From Candidatus Krumholzibacteriia bacterium (GTDB lineage Bacteria; Krumholzibacteriota; Krumholzibacteriia; Krumholzibacteriales; Krumholzibacteriaceae), in NCBI GenBank assembly GCA_963836185.1, contig CAWIIQ010000001.1:1216001-1280000 (forward strand): a stretch of DNA of 64,000 nucleotides. Direction: 5' to 3'. Below are positions 61,282 through 64,000 of this stretch, one piece after another. The notes beneath the pieces were generated by a model that saw nothing but the letters and a program-made list of their open reading frames with translations, was not told the DNA's origin and made no database searches. A program made the translations under genes and the position numbers. How positions within the stretch are numbered: the first letter of the stretch is position 1; each line of letters starts with the position of its first letter.

Positions 61282-63224
61282 GTGAACCGTTTCGAATCAG
61301 CAATAATCTTCCTAATCTGCGCGGCGGCGATATCGCTCGTTGTGCCGGCAAAATCGTATGCCTCGATAGAGGTCGACGAGGAAGAGGTCGTCTTCAGGCT
61401 CGTGGATCCGGGCGCGGCAAAGGTGTTCCTGGCCGGCGATTTCAATAACTGGAACCCGACGATGGACAGCATGGTCAAGCGTGGAGGGGGCTGGGAGGTC
61501 AGGCTCTATCTCGTTCCTGGCAGATACAGGTACGTCTTCGTAGTCGACGGGAAGCAGATACCGGACCCGGACAATCCGAACAGGGACGCGGAGGGTAATA
61601 CCTTCTTCATATTCGTCGAGGAAGACGGCGTCTACGATATCATATTCGAGGTCACCGAGACGGGTGAGAGGAAGATCGAAGAGATATACACACCGTACGG
61701 GGCCCTGACAGCGACCGCTGTGGAGGACTACGGCCTCTTTACGGCTTCTGCCGGGGTCGATGGCGAGATCGACGGTTCCCTCGAGGGAACATCCTCATCG
61801 GGGCGGAATACGAGACGACGGCAGAAGATCCGATGAATGCATATCTCGTCAGGGCGAAAGGGGAGTGGGTGACAGACAGGTTCAGTGTCGGCGCTTTCCA
61901 CAGGTCAGGCAGGGTCGGATTCGACGATCCCCTGTCACTGTTTACCGATGTCGGGCCATATGCCTATCCCCTCGATCTATTCTGCAGGGGTGCCGAAGTA
62001 GCAGCAGGATGGAAGAACTCGGTCGAGGGCCGCGTCTTCTTCGCCAACAGGATCGACAGGCCCTGGGTTGGGACCGATTACCTGCCGGAATCAGGGCGTA
62101 GATTCGTGACCGACAAGGACATGATAGGAGGATCGCTTACAGGAAGATTCGGATCGTTCAGGCTGGAATATTTGTACAGGCATGACAGAGGCCCCGAAAA
62201 CGAATGGTCGGCCGGGGACTCAGTCTGGACAATGATAAGTGGATACGAATCGAGGACCTCTCACGGCCTTCTGCTCGAGATAGAGAAGAAGGACTGGCCG
62301 GTCCTGACGGCCCAGTACCTTACCGGCCTGACCCAGCTCATTGCGAACTCGATATATTCCCCTCAGGTGGAGGCCTCGGGCACAGACCTTTCAGAGTATG
62401 ATCTGGACTGGGAGGAAGGATACAGGGCCCTCGCCGGGATATCCTGGCCAAAGGGATCTTTCCTGACGCTCCTGAAGTGGCACCGGACGACGATCGAACG
62501 GAACGCCGAAGTGTACGATCGTATGATAGACTGGGAAGATGCCAGGATGGATTTATACGAAGCCGGAGTGAGTTACTGCACAGAGAGGATCACGCTAGAC
62601 TTCAATATTGATTTCCTGGATTTCAGCGGATCCGGAGGGACGGGAGGGACCTTCTGGATGAATAACTCCAATTTCTGGCTCGATGGAGATATGCTGCGGA
62701 CAGAACTTTTCCAGTTCATCGAGTCTGAGAGGATGTGGAGGGCGACACTGGATGTAGAAGAGGGCGGAGTGGAGGATATCCCCGGGCCTTACCGCCTGGA
62801 GGGATATCTTCTGGCGAAGGTAAACTGGGACGGGTATGAGGATAGAAGCATGTTCGAGATATCGGGAGGAAAGGGTATCCGCGCCGGCTCGTATCTGTCT
62901 CTCCACGCGGACCTCAGGTACGTATCATATAATAGACGATCGCTGGACCGGCGAGAGCAGTTTCTTCGATTTCTGGGCCGGGCTTCGAGGGAACCTCGGA
63001 GGTTCGGGATGGGCCGCACTCGGAGTCGGTATTGCACCGCACAGGTTCGACAGGTGGTACTTCGATTTCACTGGAGACGGGAGGGAGCGTTATCTTCTTG
63101 ATCCGGCACTGGTCTACAGCAACTATAATAGGGGAGAGCACAGTCTGCTCGAAATGCTGAGAGAGCTGAGAAAGCCCTCTCCGAAGAGTGGAGATTGAGC
63201 TTTGAGGGTGGTTTTTCCTTCTGA
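61282..63224 (+). CDS. Exported glycogen-binding (CBM48/AMPK1_CBM) domain fused to a probable beta-barrel; frameshifts about 61790, 62935, 63160
   Basis: Signal peptide; VFLAGDFNNW...PGRYRYVFVVDG...DPDNP; corrected C-terminus ..WRLSFEGGFSF* (TGA 63222-63224) is a barrel-type terminal Phe signal. Confidence 0.7.
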
Positions 63225-63248
63225 TAGAATCAATTTTTCGGAGGATCG

Positions 63249-63641
63249 ATGAAAGTATCTGTTATATTGAGAGTGGCTGTCATGGGCGCCGCGCTGCTTC
63301 TTGCGGTCGGCTCGTGCAGATATATAGATAAGGCTGTCGAATCTCCCGTGCTGAAAGAGGGAGAGATCCTGTTCAGTTATCCGTCCCACTCGGCGAAGAC
63401 GATACAGGTCGCCGGCGACTGGAACAACTGGGGTGAAGGGGATGCTGCGCAGGGCGAGGTCCTCGTCGGCCTGATGGAGAAGGACGAAAAAGGAGTCTGG
63501 AACCTGGCGCAGCAGCTGCCGCCGGGCAGGTACCGTTACTACTTTCTGGTGAACGAGACTCAGAGGATACTCGACCCCGCCAATCCGAGAGTCGCGGACG
63601 ATCCATGGGGAGGGAAGGCAAATCTGCTGATTGTGCCGTAA
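63249..63641 (+). CDS. Lipoprotein, glycogen-binding (CBM48/AMPK1_CBM) domain
   Basis: Lipobox VGSC; VAGDWNNW...GVW...LPPGRYRYYF...DPANP...DPWGG. Confidence 0.85.
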   Translation: MKVSVILRVAVMGAALLLAVGSCRYIDKAVESPVLKEGEILFSYPSHSAKTIQVAGDWNNWGEGDAAQGEVLVGLMEKDEKGVWNLAQQLPPGRYRYYFLVNETQRILDPANPRVADDPWGGKANLLIVP

Positions 63642-63643
63642 TC

Positions 63644-64000
63644 ATGAGAAGATACAGAATGATCGTGATCCTGGTCCTCGCCGCGGCGGCGCTCTGGTCC
63701 GCCGGGTGCGGGGTGTCCGGAGGGAAGCCCGGAAGCGTGGAGCCATCGGCGGGCCCCCAGATCACTCCTGAAGGAGTGAGGTTCTCCCTGTATTCCACTA
63801 AGATCAAGAAGATCAACATAGCCGGATCCTTCAATAACTGGTCGATGACCGCCGACCCCCTGTACGATCGTGAAGGTTCGGGGATGTGGACGATAGTACT
63901 TCCGCTTCCTCCTGGAAAATACGAGTACAAGTTCATCATCGACGGCGATGAATGGATACCCGACCCGGCAAATCCGACGACGACCGATGACGGATTCGGT
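63644..64000 (+). CDS. Lipoprotein, glycogen-binding (CBM48/AMPK1_CBM) domain, 3'-truncated
   Basis: Translated manually: MRRYRMIVILVLAAAALWSAGC...IAGSFNNW...LPPGKYEYKFIIDGDEWIPDPANP...DDGFG. Confidence 0.85.
   Translation, partial: MRRYRMIVILVLAAAALWSAGCGVSGGKPGSVEPSAGPQITPEGVRFSLYSTKIKKINIAGSFNNWSMTADPLYDREGSGMWTIVLPLPPGKYEYKFIIDGDEWIPDPANPTTTDDGFG

Noticed and set aside
1-64000. CRISPR array, IS transposase, integrase, prophage, rRNA or tRNA
   Set aside because: No regularly spaced direct repeats or recognisable motifs found by eye; short or degenerate elements cannot be excluded without computation

Overview
Bacterial chromosomal window, moderately GC-rich and almost entirely + strand. 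The many proteins with 'NxPNPFNP...W.G....G..V.SG.Y' C-terminal sorting domains, PorV-like genes, lipoproteins and a Bacteroidetes-style short RpoD suggest an FCB-superphylum organism such as Ca. Krumholzibacteriota/Latescibacterota (inference, not tested). The backbone is housekeeping: rlmN, ppx/gppA-like, lpxH, sigma-70 factor, M23 peptidase, amidase, cdaR/ybbR, hisS, aspS, phoH-pgpH-ybeY-corC-DUF502-mgtE-recO-glyQ-glyS, ppdK. Many genes, including essential aspS, carry single-base frameshifts, most likely uncorrected long-read indels. The most interesting locus is 9.2-14.9 kb. A small secreted acidic protein sits directly before a TPR-GAF-like-AAA+ sigma-54 activator. These are followed by a 1-kb non-coding region holding two well-spaced sigma-54 promoters, palindromes and two long-hairpin sRNA candidates. 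Together this suggests an undescribed peptide-sensing (RRNPP-like input, LuxO/Qrr-like output) circuit. Other accessory elements: a stand-alone DUF222-like/HNH gene, a catalytically dead M6 protease paired with a PorV-like gene, a surface-protein/lipoprotein cassette with a structured leader between glyS and ppdK, and a cluster of exported glycogen-binding (CBM48/AMPK-type) proteins with beta-barrels. No rRNA, tRNA, CRISPR array or transposase was recognised.
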